64,000 nt of DNA from an uncultured virus (IMG/VR IMGVR_UViG_3300001525_000359) (IMGVR_UViG_3300001525_000359); one strand, 5' to 3'; shown: positions 9,969 through 20,393, counted from the first letter of the stretch. Notes: generated by a model not told the origin, from the letters alone. Program-made: numbers and translations.

Positions 9969-10517
9969 ATGCAGTTCTACTACATTCGCAAGGAAGATGC
10001 CAAGCAGATCTCTGAGCTGTGCCATTCGTGTGAGAACGCGGATGTGCTGGAGCTTGAGCTCACGATGGCCCACAAGAACAACAAGATGGAGCTTGACGAG
10101 ATCAAGAAGATCTGCGAGATTGGCGACCGCATTCTCGTGAACTTCGATGGCAAGTACATTCCGTGGATCATCGTGGCGAAGCGTGATGACGGAAATCTCA
10201 TCATTAACTCGGAAGACTGCCTTGAGTCGCGGCGTTTCGACAAGTCGACGAACAAGTGGAAGGATTCAGAGATCCGCCACTACTTGAACAGCAAGGAGTT
10301 CAAGGCGCGATTCGACAAGGAGTTTCTCAAGTGTGTGAAGACAGCTGATGTACATACCGAGGACTATGTCACCAAGGATGACTTCTGGCTTCTCTCTCAC
10401 GAGGAAGTGAACTGCCCGGATGACCGCAAGTCCTGGTTCAAGCCGAACAAGGGCGCCGTCCGTTTCCCGTACTTCACGGACAATGCTTCGCGAATCAAAA
10501 AGATCTACGAAGACTAA
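9969..10517 (+). CDS. DUF6273-like protein lacking its C-terminal WWLRS module
   Basis: IGDRI...PWIIV...NKWKDSEIRHYLN...F...DDFWLLSHEEV...FPYFTDNASRIK then TAA; own promoter, RBS and terminator. Confidence 0.75.
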   Translation: MQFYYIRKEDAKQISELCHSCENADVLELELTMAHKNNKMELDEIKKICEIGDRILVNFDGKYIPWIIVAKRDDGNLIINSEDCLESRRFDKSTNKWKDSEIRHYLNSKEFKARFDKEFLKCVKTADVHTEDYVTKDDFWLLSHEEVNCPDDRKSWFKPNKGAVRFPYFTDNASRIKKIYED

Positions 10518-10574
10518 ACAATCTACCATCACTTTGCATTGCCATGAAGGCATCTGCGAAGTCAGCAATAAACG

Positions 10575-10607
10575 TGGCTAGGTGAAATACCCTAGCCATT
10601 TTTCTTT
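10575..10607 (+). terminator. intrinsic terminator
   Basis: tggctagg...cctagcca followed by a T-tract. Confidence 0.85.
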
Positions 10608-10624
10608 CACAGCATATACAATAT

Positions 10625-11570
10625 ATGACTGACTCATTCCAGTATAGCCTGAGAAGCTTATACACATATGAGATAGACTACTATGTGGTATGCACTAGGC
10701 TTGGCCCGCTGTTTGTAGAAAACTTCCAGTTCTTAAGTGGAGATGTTTCAGTATGCATGATATGAGAAAGCAAATCCATTACATCTTACGCGACAAGCAA
10801 GACGTGCAATGCAACGAGTATGCTGTTGTGCATGCAGATGAAAGGGGTGACATCTACATTCTTGACATGTTTGTCAGGTACAAAAGCATCTGTGGAGTGA
10901 ATGTCTCATGCAAAATCTGACAACTGGAAACGGTGCATACTGGATGTCACGAAGCGCATGTAAGCGACTGATCGGCAGTGCGAATGAAAAGTCATATGCA
11001 ATTGCAATGATCACACACGCTGGCAAAAGGACACATGTATGTGTGAATGACTGGCAAGAAAATGTGTTTCGCATAGCTCTAACTTGCTTGATATGACATG
11101 AATGACATCTGGACATGCACGTGGCAATTGCGCGACCGGAACATGCGCGCAGGGTGTGCTAAAAAATCCAACTTATAATGTGTCAGTGTTTGGAGATTTC
11201 TTTTCAGACAATGTGCATCATATTGAACATATCACACTATGCTGCATGATATGATGAATAATGCTGTCAACACAATGTATCGAATGCGTTCTCACTATGA
11301 CAAAAGAATGTTTCTGTCAGAGTATTTGTCATGTATAGGCTCATTGGGTGTTGTTGGCTTAACGCCTAACGTCGGCACGCTCAACATCATTGCATTTGCA
11401 TGCATCATCTGATGAAGACACTTCAACACAAGATCTGGCAGCTTCGCTCGACATCTGCAGATGAGTCCGATCAGATGAACTTCATGTCATACATAAGCTT
11501 CTATGGTGTCGTGAACTACTCGACATTCGCAAGACATGCTAGCAGTGTCGTAGCTGCATGCGTCATCTGA
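10625..11570 (+). CDS. six tandem WxLRS mini-genes (one frameshifted)
   Basis: YSLRS..VCMI*, YILRD..SCKI*, WMSRS..TCLI*, WQLRD..CCMI*, YRMRS..ACII*, WQLRS..ACVI*. Confidence 0.75.
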
Positions 11571-11617
11571 AGAGAACGGTAAATAGCATCAGCAAACAAA
11601 TTCAAGGAAATTCACAT

Positions 11618-11920
11618 ATGAAGATGCCAAAGAAGATGGTGATGGAAGCAATGAAGTACTGGCAAAAGCAGCTTCTCTCAGAGTCAGCTGAAGACGTGCC
11701 TGCACAAGACTTCAACGACGCAGACAATGACATTGCAACTGGCGCAGATGAGCCTAACACCGTTGGCGCCTTCATAAAGCTTCTTCAAAGACGTTGCAAG
11801 ATGGATGACGTCATTCTTCCTCTTGACAGCCGGCACCAAGAGATGATGCTCATTGATCTCTACTCTAAGCGTGGCAGAGCAGTTCTTGAGTTTGTGAACA
11901 CAAAACGCCCATCTGAATGA
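11618..11920 (+). CDS. hypothetical protein
   Basis: AAGGA RBS; MKMPKK...QLLSES. Confidence 0.6.
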   Translation: MKMPKKMVMEAMKYWQKQLLSESAEDVPAQDFNDADNDIATGADEPNTVGAFIKLLQRRCKMDDVILPLDSRHQEMMLIDLYSKRGRAVLEFVNTKRPSE

Positions 11921-12074
11921 GATTAAGCATAGAAGATAAGACATATGTCCAGGCAAATCTGCTTGGACATTGATTTTTCTAGAAGATCTGCTAGTGTCCA
12001 GATTCATTTCATTTTGATATGATTTAAATCGTTAACTAAAACATAAACATCCTAAAAGGAAATAAAACAAAGTT

Positions 12075-12233
12075 ATGACAGGCAAGAAGAAAGACATGGT
12101 GGTGGTGTTCCTGAGTGAAGGTGGCTACATGCTGTCGTCTTACTACGGGAAGATCCTTAGCAGCAAGAAGTACTCTACTCTCAAGTCGGCAATGGATGCT
12201 GCTCAGGAGATTGGCATTGTCCACGTCGCTTAA
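12075..12233 (+). CDS. small hypothetical protein (52 aa)
   Basis: MTGKKKDMVVVFLSEGG...IVHVA* downstream of promoter 11995 and AAAGGA. Confidence 0.6.
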   Translation: MTGKKKDMVVVFLSEGGYMLSSYYGKILSSKKYSTLKSAMDAAQEIGIVHVA

Positions 12234-12332
12234 GCTGAGTGATCTTGGAAGACACAACATATCCAAGAATGTCATCAATTGATACAATTTAAGTCGTTAA
12301 CTGATCATCAACCAAAAACAAAAAGCAAAGAC

Positions 12333-13193
12333 ATGAAGAAGACTGAAAAGACAACTGGCAAGCGTACCTACAAGCATTCCGAGGCGTGGCTGAAGGCCCA
12401 TGCTGAGAAGATGCAGAAGAAGGCTGCCCAGAAGAAGGATACGAAGAAGGATACGAAGAAGGCTGCTTCCAAGAAGCCGGCAGCAAAGAATGCTGGCAAG
12501 AAGAAGATGGCGAAGCGTGTCCAGAAGAAGCGTGCTCTTAAGACGCCTGAGATGAAGGCCAAGCTTCTCACTAAGAAGGCCGCTCTCAAGGAACGTAAGC
12601 TTGCTCTGAAGGCGAAGGCTGCTCGGAAGAAGGAGTTCGATGCAGTTGTCAAGTCGGCTGAGAAGGCTGTTGTGTCTGCAAAAAAGCATTCTGCCGCACT
12701 TAAGGAAGCCGTCAAGACGTTTACGACGATTCTCAACAATGTCCTTCAGGTGAACGATGAGAAGCTGCTTGCGAAGGTGCTGAAGATCTTTGCGCAGATC
12801 GGATTCAAGTATGCAGACGGCATTCTCGAGGCGATCATTGCTGGAAAGGTGAAGCTTCCTAAAGTCAAGCTTCCCAAAGTGAAGAAGGACAAGAAGGCCA
12901 AGAAGGATGCTGAGCCTAATGAGGACAAAGAAGATGAAGAAGACATTGACATTGAAGGCATTGTCGATGATGTCGTTGCTGAAGATGCAGCTGCAGATGA
13001 TCTCGATGAAGAGGTGAAGGAGCAAGCTGAGGCAAAGCAGGACGCTGATGATGCTGATGAAGAGCTCGATGATGAAGAGCTTGAGCAGCAGAAGCGTGAC
13101 CAGGAGATGGCTGATGAGTATGAGCGCGAACAGCGTGAGACGTCTGATGCTGACATTCTTGCCGCCCAGGAAGACAACGGTGACTTCTCGTGA
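12333..13193 (+). CDS. bipolar protein: histone-H1-like Lys/Ala-rich N-terminus, very acidic C-terminus
   Basis: KKAASKKPAAKNAGKKK... and DADDADEELDDEELE... Confidence 0.7.
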   Translation: MKKTEKTTGKRTYKHSEAWLKAHAEKMQKKAAQKKDTKKDTKKAASKKPAAKNAGKKKMAKRVQKKRALKTPEMKAKLLTKKAALKERKLALKAKAARKKEFDAVVKSAEKAVVSAKKHSAALKEAVKTFTTILNNVLQVNDEKLLAKVLKIFAQIGFKYADGILEAIIAGKVKLPKVKLPKVKKDKKAKKDAEPNEDKEDEEDIDIEGIVDDVVAEDAAADDLDEEVKEQAEAKQDADDADEELDDEELEQQKRDQEMADEYEREQRETSDADILAAQEDNGDFS

Positions 13194-13235
13194 AGATCTC
13201 TTAGTTTCATGTTGAGAGCATATCTCACACTTCTG

Positions 13236-13270
13236 CAGGCTGGATCGCATGATCCAGCCTGTCTTGTTTT
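13236..13270 (+). terminator. intrinsic terminator
   Basis: caggctggatc-gcat-gatccagcctg followed by a T-rich tail. Confidence 0.8.
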
Positions 13271-13293
13271 CTCTAGATGCATAAAATTTTCTT

Positions 13294-13614
13294 ATGAAAG
13301 TGAAGCTTATGCATCAGCTAATCGAAGTGTCAGACATCATCTTCTAGAGCTGGACAAATGAAGTTGCTGGAAAAGACATTGGCAATGACTTCTGGACATT
13401 CATCAGATCTTAGCTCTTGACTGATGGAGTGAAGAAGATCAAAGTGTTTGACTTTGTGTATGATCACATCTTGCATCTTGATGCAATTGCATTCTAGAAG
13501 AAGTTCGGGATATCTCTGGCAAACATCAAGAAGTCTAAAGACCAGATGTCATTTGTCTCAGAAATCGTGTCTAAGATGATAAAGCATAGTGACATTCCAC
13601 TTATTGACTATTGA
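13294..13614 (+). CDS. hypothetical protein (106 aa, 3 in-frame TAG)
   Basis: Fills the apparent gap; open from ATG to TGA if TAG is sense. Confidence 0.65.
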
Positions 13615-13712
13615 GATCTTCCGGCTTTCGCAAAGTGATTCCAGCTTAGCGACTCACTAGCATTTGTCTAGATGTCCGAAGTCATAGACAAATGATATGA
13701 TCTATACTGCAT

Positions 13713-13889
13713 ATGAATGTCAGAAGCAGTAGTTTGGTGTTGCGTTCTGCATGCCCTTCTATGAAGGACTTGTATGAGCAGCGACGTTTCTGGAATGCCG
13801 GCATTGCGTTTGTCATGACTGGACGTGGATGCCTGACTACAAACTTCATATTCAACGTGTATGACATAACGTTGTCATGCGTAGTTTGA
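13713..13889 (+). CDS. WxLRS mini-gene with own promoter
   Basis: LVLRS...ITLSCVV*. Confidence 0.65.
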   Translation: MNVRSSSLVLRSACPSMKDLYEQRRFWNAGIAFVMTGRGCLTTNFIFNVYDITLSCVV

Positions 13890-13972
13890 CCGGAAAATCT
13901 GAAGATGTCCAGACTTCTAGACAAATGATATGATTTAAGCTGTCAACCAAATCAAAAAAGAAACGTAAAAAA

Positions 13973-14680
13973 ATGGCTAAACCATACATTAGGACTGGTG
14001 TTTACTCAAAAGATGCTGGTGAAGTGTTTAGACGCACTTTCAAGTGGATTAGCGATAAAGACACTAAACATGGATATTCTTCGCCAAACAGAGATCTGTA
14101 TGCTAATGTGAATATCGAGTATGCTGCTGATGGTGAAGTCATCATCACTACATGTACACACCGGTGGACACGACTTGATCGCTTTACATATGAGAATGGA
14201 AATCGTGCATTCTACCCATGGTTTGCATATAAGATCAAGCAATGCTTTTATGACTTATATGGCAAAGAGCATTGGAATAGGACGAACAACACTGAAGTTG
14301 ACTTCATGAGTGATCCGTACCACGAGTATGCGAACTTACCAGTGTTCAATGTCCCGTGCTCTGCATTTTACTTCTTGTATGAGCATCTTCTAAATCGCAA
14401 GAAGTCTGCTAGCAAGTATTCACCGGCTGTTGTCGAGAAATTTGGAGGAACTCAGAATGACCCGATCTTGACACAAGCTGAACAGCAAAGACGCGATGAC
14501 CTGAAACAACTTGAATGTGAGTACGACAAGCAAAAGCAAGCGCTTGATAAGCAGAGACACGCAGAATATTCTGCCTTCTATGCACAGCTTGACGCTAAGT
14601 ATGATACACTAATGAAAGACATGCGTCTTAAGTATGAGCAGAGACGCAAAGAGCTTGAAGACATTAAGTTCATAGCTTGA
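13973..14680 (+). CDS. paralog family C, member 1
   Basis: IRTGVYS..A...DGEVII...LYEHL...G...DP plus coiled coil; resembles 20499. Confidence 0.7.
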   Translation: MAKPYIRTGVYSKDAGEVFRRTFKWISDKDTKHGYSSPNRDLYANVNIEYAADGEVIITTCTHRWTRLDRFTYENGNRAFYPWFAYKIKQCFYDLYGKEHWNRTNNTEVDFMSDPYHEYANLPVFNVPCSAFYFLYEHLLNRKKSASKYSPAVVEKFGGTQNDPILTQAEQQRRDDLKQLECEYDKQKQALDKQRHAEYSAFYAQLDAKYDTLMKDMRLKYEQRRKELEDIKFIA

Positions 14681-14799
14681 GAAATTCTAGAAAAACAGAA
14701 GATGTCCAAACATCATGATGAATGATATAATTTGAAGTGTAAAGCAAATCAAATCAAAATCAACCAAAAACAAAAACATAAAAACAAAGGAACACACAT

Positions 14800-15924
14800 A
14801 TGGCAAACGGCATTGACAACCACAATTTCGTCAGCTCTGAGCAGGCGATCAGCATCATCGAGACTTCTGTGAAGACACTCATGAATTCGCCTGAGAAGTC
14901 GAACAGCCTGCCGGCAATTCTTCTTCGTGGTGCGCCCGGCGTCGGCAAGTCGACGATCGTCCGTGAAGTCGCAAACCGGCTTGGCATTGGATTCGTTGAC
15001 ATCCGGCTGGCGCAGATGGAACGTGTCGACCTTTGCGGGCTGCCTGAAGTCAAGAATGGCGAGACTAAGTGGGCAGTCCCCTCTTTCTGGCCGACTGACA
15101 AGAATTCCGCTGGCATCATCTTCTTCGATGAAATCACTTCGGCACCGGCTGATGTGCAGGTGGCTGCTTACCAGGTGGTGCTTGACCGGGCAATCTCAAA
15201 CTCTGATTACCGGCTTCCGGACAAGTGGTACATCGTAGCTGCAGGCAACCGTGCAATTGACAAGGCTGTTGTGAAGACTATGTCTTCTGCCCTTGCAAAC
15301 CGCTTCATGCACTTTGAACTCGACGTTGACACCGAGGACTGGAACATCTGGGCCGTCCAGCATGACATTCACCCGTCTGTCACTGGCTACATCCGGTATA
15401 AACCTCAGAACCTTCTGAAGATGGAAGGGATGAATCTTGAGATGGGCTGGCCTTCTCCGCGCTCGTGGGAACGTGTGTCTAACATCATCCCGATGTTCAA
15501 TTCTGATGAATCTGTCCTGCGAAAGACTGTATATGGCTTGATTGGCCCGGCAGTTGGCACCGAGTTCATGGAATTCCACCGAATCAACAAGCGCTTTGAC
15601 GATGTCCTCGAGATGATGACCAACCCTAAGAAAAAGGTGGTAATCCCCGCGAAGGCTGATGAGAAGCATGCGATGTGCTCCGCGGTGTCCTACCTTCTCT
15701 GGAACGGCAAGGACGAAGATGACCAGAAGGCGCGTATCTCCGGATTCTACCGGATCGCGATGGAATTCACTGCTGACTTCGCTACCCTTCTCGCTAAGAC
15801 TGCGATGGCAGGGAACTCGAAGGTGTCGAAACTGGAGGCGTGCTCAAAGATCGTGCGTGCACCTGAGTACAAGAAGTTCAATGCCAAGTTCGGCAATGCC
15901 TTCACCAAGAAGTATAGCCTTTAA
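14800..15924 (+). CDS. MoxR-like AAA+ ATPase
   Basis: Walker A GAPGVGKS, DLCGLP, Walker B IIFFDEI, VAAGNR, ALANRF, PSPRSWE. Confidence 0.92.
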   Translation: MANGIDNHNFVSSEQAISIIETSVKTLMNSPEKSNSLPAILLRGAPGVGKSTIVREVANRLGIGFVDIRLAQMERVDLCGLPEVKNGETKWAVPSFWPTDKNSAGIIFFDEITSAPADVQVAAYQVVLDRAISNSDYRLPDKWYIVAAGNRAIDKAVVKTMSSALANRFMHFELDVDTEDWNIWAVQHDIHPSVTGYIRYKPQNLLKMEGMNLEMGWPSPRSWERVSNIIPMFNSDESVLRKTVYGLIGPAVGTEFMEFHRINKRFDDVLEMMTNPKKKVVIPAKADEKHAMCSAVSYLLWNGKDEDDQKARISGFYRIAMEFTADFATLLAKTAMAGNSKVSKLEACSKIVRAPEYKKFNAKFGNAFTKKYSL

Positions 15925-15936
15925 AGTTTGGTTGAT

Positions 15937-15985
15937 GCCAGCCGGTGGTGCTATCGTTCCTGCCACCGGCTGGCGCTTTTCTTTT
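15937..15985 (+). terminator. intrinsic terminator
   Basis: gccagccggtgg...ccaccggctggc followed by a T-tract. Confidence 0.85.
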
Positions 15986-16014
15986 GCCGGAGATTGCGTG
16001 GAATCACAATTTCT

Positions 16015-16263
16015 ATGAATGTCCAGAATATTTATGACAAGATCAGGCTTACTGTGCTGGTAAGTGTCTTGCTAGTGCTGACATGCATTGCAATGCCGTT
16101 CATGCTTGTGTGGTATGCTTGCATGATCATTGGCTTTCCTGTTGTCTGCATTTTTGCAATGTTTGACTACAGCAATGTCGAGGATTTTGCAGATATGCTG
16201 TGGCGAGTGTATGTCAAGCCGTGGCATGATCTTGTAAGTGTCTTCAAAGATGTATTCTATTGA
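16015..16263 (+). CDS. small membrane protein
   Basis: Two hydrophobic helices; similar layout to 23287-23595. Confidence 0.55.
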   Translation: MNVQNIYDKIRLTVLVSVLLVLTCIAMPFMLVWYACMIIGFPVVCIFAMFDYSNVEDFADMLWRVYVKPWHDLVSVFKDVFY

Positions 16264-16266
16264 GCT

Positions 16267-16764
16267 ATGCTTATTCATTAGAGCTTATTGCCATTGGTGC
16301 CTGCAAATCTCATAAAGAAGCTTCATAAGAGATGCTGCTGGCTTCGAGCTAACTTTGACAAAGATGTTGACTTTGCAGAAGATGCTTATGTCAAGACTTA
16401 GCCATATTGCTGCTTGTTCATATATCATGGGCGAGTGCTGTCATTCTTGCCAGACAGGTTCTCAGACAAGAACTTGAACTGGCATATCCACAACTATGAC
16501 TGCAATGGCAAGTTCAAGTCGCCAGATGACAAAGCATTCTACACTTAGCTGATGCATGAGACAGACAGGCGACAAGCAAAAGCTAAAGAAGACAAGCTGT
16601 TCTTGCTAGATGCTGAAGACATTCCAATGTTTGATATGCATGATGACAAGTTCATGCTGAAGTCACTTGACTGGCTTGACAAGCATAAGATCAAGCTTAC
16701 TGGAAAAGAACATTCCACAGATGAGCTTCGCCTGCAACTGCTACTTCATTCAGGAGTTCACTGA
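16267..16764 (+). CDS. TIGR02328-like (pyrimidine-dimer glycosylase superfamily) protein, 3 in-frame TAG
   Basis: MLIH[TAG]SLLPLVP...HKRCCWLR...YH...PMFDMHDDKF..SL..L..I.L matches the family pattern HQSLI..LP...H.ECC.LR. Confidence 0.6.
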
Positions 16765-17171
16765 TGACTAAGAAAATGGAGAATGATGTCAAGCGTGCAG
16801 AGCTGTACAAGAATTCAGAGAACTACATTGAGTATGAGCTTAACTGCACAATTCATGGCGTTCATGTCCCTAAATGGCAAGATGTGTTTTTCTGGTATGA
16901 CTTCAAATATACATCAGTGAAATTCTCTAAGATCTTGAAGATCTTTCCAGTCATCACTCTTGGAACACTGGCATTGACATATGCAGCAGATTTGCTGTTG
17001 AATCTAGTGGGAATTGACTGGCTCGTCACCAAGACAATCATTATTGTCACTATTCTCGCATTCTAGAGTATCATGCTATGCATCAGCAATGCAATATTCA
17101 ATGCAACAATGTCATTGTCTGCTTTTGCCATAAAAGAGTTTGAAGCTAAGAGAAGGAAGTGCGACTTATGA
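16764..17171 (+). CDS. membrane protein, 1 in-frame TAG
   Basis: Hydrophobic helix continues across TAG 17064-17066 to TGA. Confidence 0.55.
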
Positions 17172-17261
17172 ACATGTGAATGCTGATGAGCGCAAGATGT
17201 CCAGACTGAATTCGGTTTGATATGATTTAAACATCAACCAAACCAAAAAAGGATTAAGTCT

Positions 17262-17933
17262 ATGAATGTGAAAGTTTTGCGCAATCTGCAATGCTACACA
17301 AGCAAGTTCAGGGACATTGGCCAGTATATTGTGAACTGCGCTGGCAATGAGGCAGAATATCATGCACACGTGAAGATTCCCTGGCTTCAGCTAGACGTGC
17401 GCTTCAAAGATGAAGTCACGAAAGAAGCGCAGCTTATCCGGCATCTCTATGATGAAGCTGACAATGCTGGCACGCATGAAGCAGTTGAGAATGCAAAGAA
17501 GTATTCACTGGCGTTTCTGCTTAGACGTGCTAAAGAACGTGGCGTGAATGCATTAGATCTTGCTGGCTTGCGCAAATGTGATGTGATGATCGGCGAGAGC
17601 AAGTACGACTACTTCAGGAAAGTCACATTTGCGGAGGCAGCATTCACCTATGAGACGATGTTTGGTGAAGTCAACGCTAGCTTGTACAGCAAAGATCTTG
17701 TCAAGCGCCTTGCTGGCAAAGAGCTGAACATTGTCGAGCTTGAGTGCAAGCGAGCTTTTCTTGATGAGAAGCGCAAGTTCAATGATGCAAAGTGCAGTGA
17801 GCGAATTGATGTGAACAATTGGTACTATGCTGAGCTCAAGAAGCTGAACTTGATGGTTTCTGCAAAGAAGAAAGCCGTCAGGCATGAATGCAGTGAAGCA
17901 TTGAACGCATTCAAGAAAAGCTTAGCTGTCTAA
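17262..17933 (+). CDS. paralog family C, member 2
   Basis: YETMFG...WYYAELKKL coiled coil shared with 18016. Confidence 0.7.
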   Translation: MNVKVLRNLQCYTSKFRDIGQYIVNCAGNEAEYHAHVKIPWLQLDVRFKDEVTKEAQLIRHLYDEADNAGTHEAVENAKKYSLAFLLRRAKERGVNALDLAGLRKCDVMIGESKYDYFRKVTFAEAAFTYETMFGEVNASLYSKDLVKRLAGKELNIVELECKRAFLDEKRKFNDAKCSERIDVNNWYYAELKKLNLMVSAKKKAVRHECSEALNAFKKSLAV

Positions 17934-18015
17934 GATCTCTAGACAATTGCTAGGTGTCCAAGCTTCTAGACAATTGATATGATTTAGCCATCAACCAAAC
18001 TAAAAAGGATTAAAA

Positions 18016-18696
18016 ATGGCATCAAAACTGGTGTGCATCAAGAGAACTGGCATGCATACAGCACAGTTCTTCACGACAGCACGAAAGCTGTTCAACATCT
18101 CTAAGACATACCAGGGATTTGAGCTTCATCGTGACGGGCTTGGCGAGACATGCATGTACAAGTATGCTTATGTGAAAGATGAGACAATTGACGAGTCAAT
18201 GCATGACTTGCAGAACAGGTATATGGAACATATTGCGAAAGCTCTTAAGCTGCAATTCAAGTTCGAGCCTTGGGATGACAGCCCATTTCCACAGTATCAT
18301 TTCTCACAAGTTGACACAACCGGATTTCGCAAGTCGGCTGAAGCCATCGCCATCGATGACGTGCCGTATCCACCTGTAGTGACAGTAGAGCTTAGGAAAG
18401 CAATGCTGGTATATGATGTGCTGTTTGGCAAAGTCAATGATGCTGAATATGACGGTGATTTCCTTGCTAAGATGCGAGGTGAAGCTAAGATGGGAGCAGC
18501 ACTTGCAAAAGCACGACTCATTGCGCAAGAGAAGAAGCGGCTTGAGCTTGTTAAAGAGCAGAAGTATGCCGAAATCGATGCTTGGTATGCCAGTGAAGTC
18601 AAGAAGCTAGATGACATCAGGCGAGAGAAGAGGCATGGCATCTGCAAGAAGTTCAACACTCAGATTGACGATGCTAGAAAAATGCTCAATGTCTGA
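18016..18696 (+). CDS. paralog family C, member 3
   Basis: YDVLFG...WYASEVKKL. Confidence 0.7.
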   Translation: MASKLVCIKRTGMHTAQFFTTARKLFNISKTYQGFELHRDGLGETCMYKYAYVKDETIDESMHDLQNRYMEHIAKALKLQFKFEPWDDSPFPQYHFSQVDTTGFRKSAEAIAIDDVPYPPVVTVELRKAMLVYDVLFGKVNDAEYDGDFLAKMRGEAKMGAALAKARLIAQEKKRLELVKEQKYAEIDAWYASEVKKLDDIRREKRHGICKKFNTQIDDARKMLNV

Positions 18697-18788
18697 GCAT
18701 ATGCCAGGCATTCGCAAGATGTCCAAAGTGATTGAAGAATGATATAATTTAATCATGAAGCAAATCAACCAAAAGGGAGTGAAAGAAT

Positions 18789-20393
18789 ATGCGTAAAGTC
18801 GTAAAGAATGCGAAGGACGTTTCTGAAGAGAAGCTCAAGGAACTCAAGGAGAACGCTTTCGGGATTCTATGTGAAGCAAGACGAGAGCTGCTGGTGTCTG
18901 AGCCGTTCATTGGCTCGATTGCCATGAATCTCGACATTGTCCCGGTACGTGACATCCGGCTGCCTACTGCGGCTACCGATGGCGGCAAGATCTACTTTGA
19001 CATTGATTTCCTCTCTTCTCTCAACCGAGCGGACACGGTGTTTGTGCTGGCGCATGAAGTGTGGCATTGTGCGATGTCTCACTTCATTCGCAATGAAGGG
19101 CGTGATCATGAGCTCTTCAACATTGCAACTGACATGGAAGTCAACCAGATTCTTGAGACCGATGGAATGACAGTGCCTGAGAACTGCTTGATGCCTGCGC
19201 TCTACGGCTTCAAGAATGGCCTTTCTGCTGAGGAATACTATGAGCTTCTCTTGAAGAAAAAGCCGAACAAAGGCAAGAAGAGCAAAATCAAAGGCCAAGG
19301 CAAGCAGCAGAAGGGTGGTAGTGGTAGTGGAGATACCAATGAAGACACCGATGGTGAAGGTGAAGGCGGCCAGCCCAACAAAAACAAGAAGGGCAAAGGC
19401 AACGGCAACAGCTCTTCTGGTAGTGATGGCGATGAAGAAGACAATGATTCGCCGATGGGCAAATCTGGCAATGGCGAAGGCAAGCTTGATGGCCAGTTTG
19501 ACAAGCACATCACCGATCTTGACGATCCTGAACAGGAAGCTGGCAACAACAGGAAATCTGGAAAGAGCAAGAAGGGCACGGGCAAAAACAAGTGCGATGG
19601 CGATGAAGATGGTGAAGGCGAAGGTGAAGGTGAAGACGGAAATGTCGTAGCCGACAAGTATGGCAAGCTTGGAAAGGACAAAGACTTCCACCCTCGGCCT
19701 TCTAAGGAGCAGATCGACAAGATGCGCGAGATGGCTGTCGCTGCAGCCCAGCAGTATGAGCGCGACCGCGGATTCTTGCCTGCTAGCATGAAGCGGTTTG
19801 TGAACGAGCTGCTGACACCTAAAGTGGACTGGCGTGAAGTTCTTCACTCGTTCGTGACTCGTGCTATGGGTGAGAAATCCGACTGGAACCGCCCGAATCG
19901 CCGGTTCATCTCGTCTCACACTTACCTGCCTTCGCATTATGGCGACAAGCTGAAAGTGTGCGTTGGCATTGACACGTCTGGCTCGACTATGGGTGACATC
20001 CCCCGGTTCCTTGGCGAACTTAATGGCCTAGTGAAGTCGTTTGGCAGCTACGAGCTGACCCTAATTGAATGCGACGCCGAAGTCGGCAAATGCGAGAAGT
20101 ATGACGATGAGAATCCGCTTGATCTTGAGAACCTGCACTATGAGATGTCTGGTGGTGGTGGCACGTGCCTCAAGCCTATCTTTGACAAGATCAAAGAAGA
20201 GAATGTCGAGTGCGACTGCATCTGCATCTTCACTGATGGGTACACCGAGCATTTCACCAAGGATGACGACCCCGGAATCCCCACTCTCTGGATGCTCACT
20301 CATGGGTGCATGGACAACAAGCAGAACTATGACTTTGGCGAGTGCTGCGAGTTTGAAGAGGCTAAGCCTTCTTTTGATGACGATGGCGAATAA
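18789..20393 (+). CDS. DUF2201-type putative metallopeptidase plus VWA domain (MoxR partner)
   Basis: PTAATDG, VLAHEVWH, NIATD..VN, Gly/acidic linker, MIDAS IDTSGST, GGGGT, IFTDGY. Confidence 0.9.
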   Translation: MRKVVKNAKDVSEEKLKELKENAFGILCEARRELLVSEPFIGSIAMNLDIVPVRDIRLPTAATDGGKIYFDIDFLSSLNRADTVFVLAHEVWHCAMSHFIRNEGRDHELFNIATDMEVNQILETDGMTVPENCLMPALYGFKNGLSAEEYYELLLKKKPNKGKKSKIKGQGKQQKGGSGSGDTNEDTDGEGEGGQPNKNKKGKGNGNSSSGSDGDEEDNDSPMGKSGNGEGKLDGQFDKHITDLDDPEQEAGNNRKSGKSKKGTGKNKCDGDEDGEGEGEGEDGNVVADKYGKLGKDKDFHPRPSKEQIDKMREMAVAAAQQYERDRGFLPASMKRFVNELLTPKVDWREVLHSFVTRAMGEKSDWNRPNRRFISSHTYLPSHYGDKLKVCVGIDTSGSTMGDIPRFLGELNGLVKSFGSYELTLIECDAEVGKCEKYDDENPLDLENLHYEMSGGGGTCLKPIFDKIKEENVECDCICIFTDGYTEHFTKDDDPGIPTLWMLTHGCMDNKQNYDFGECCEFEEAKPSFDDDGE

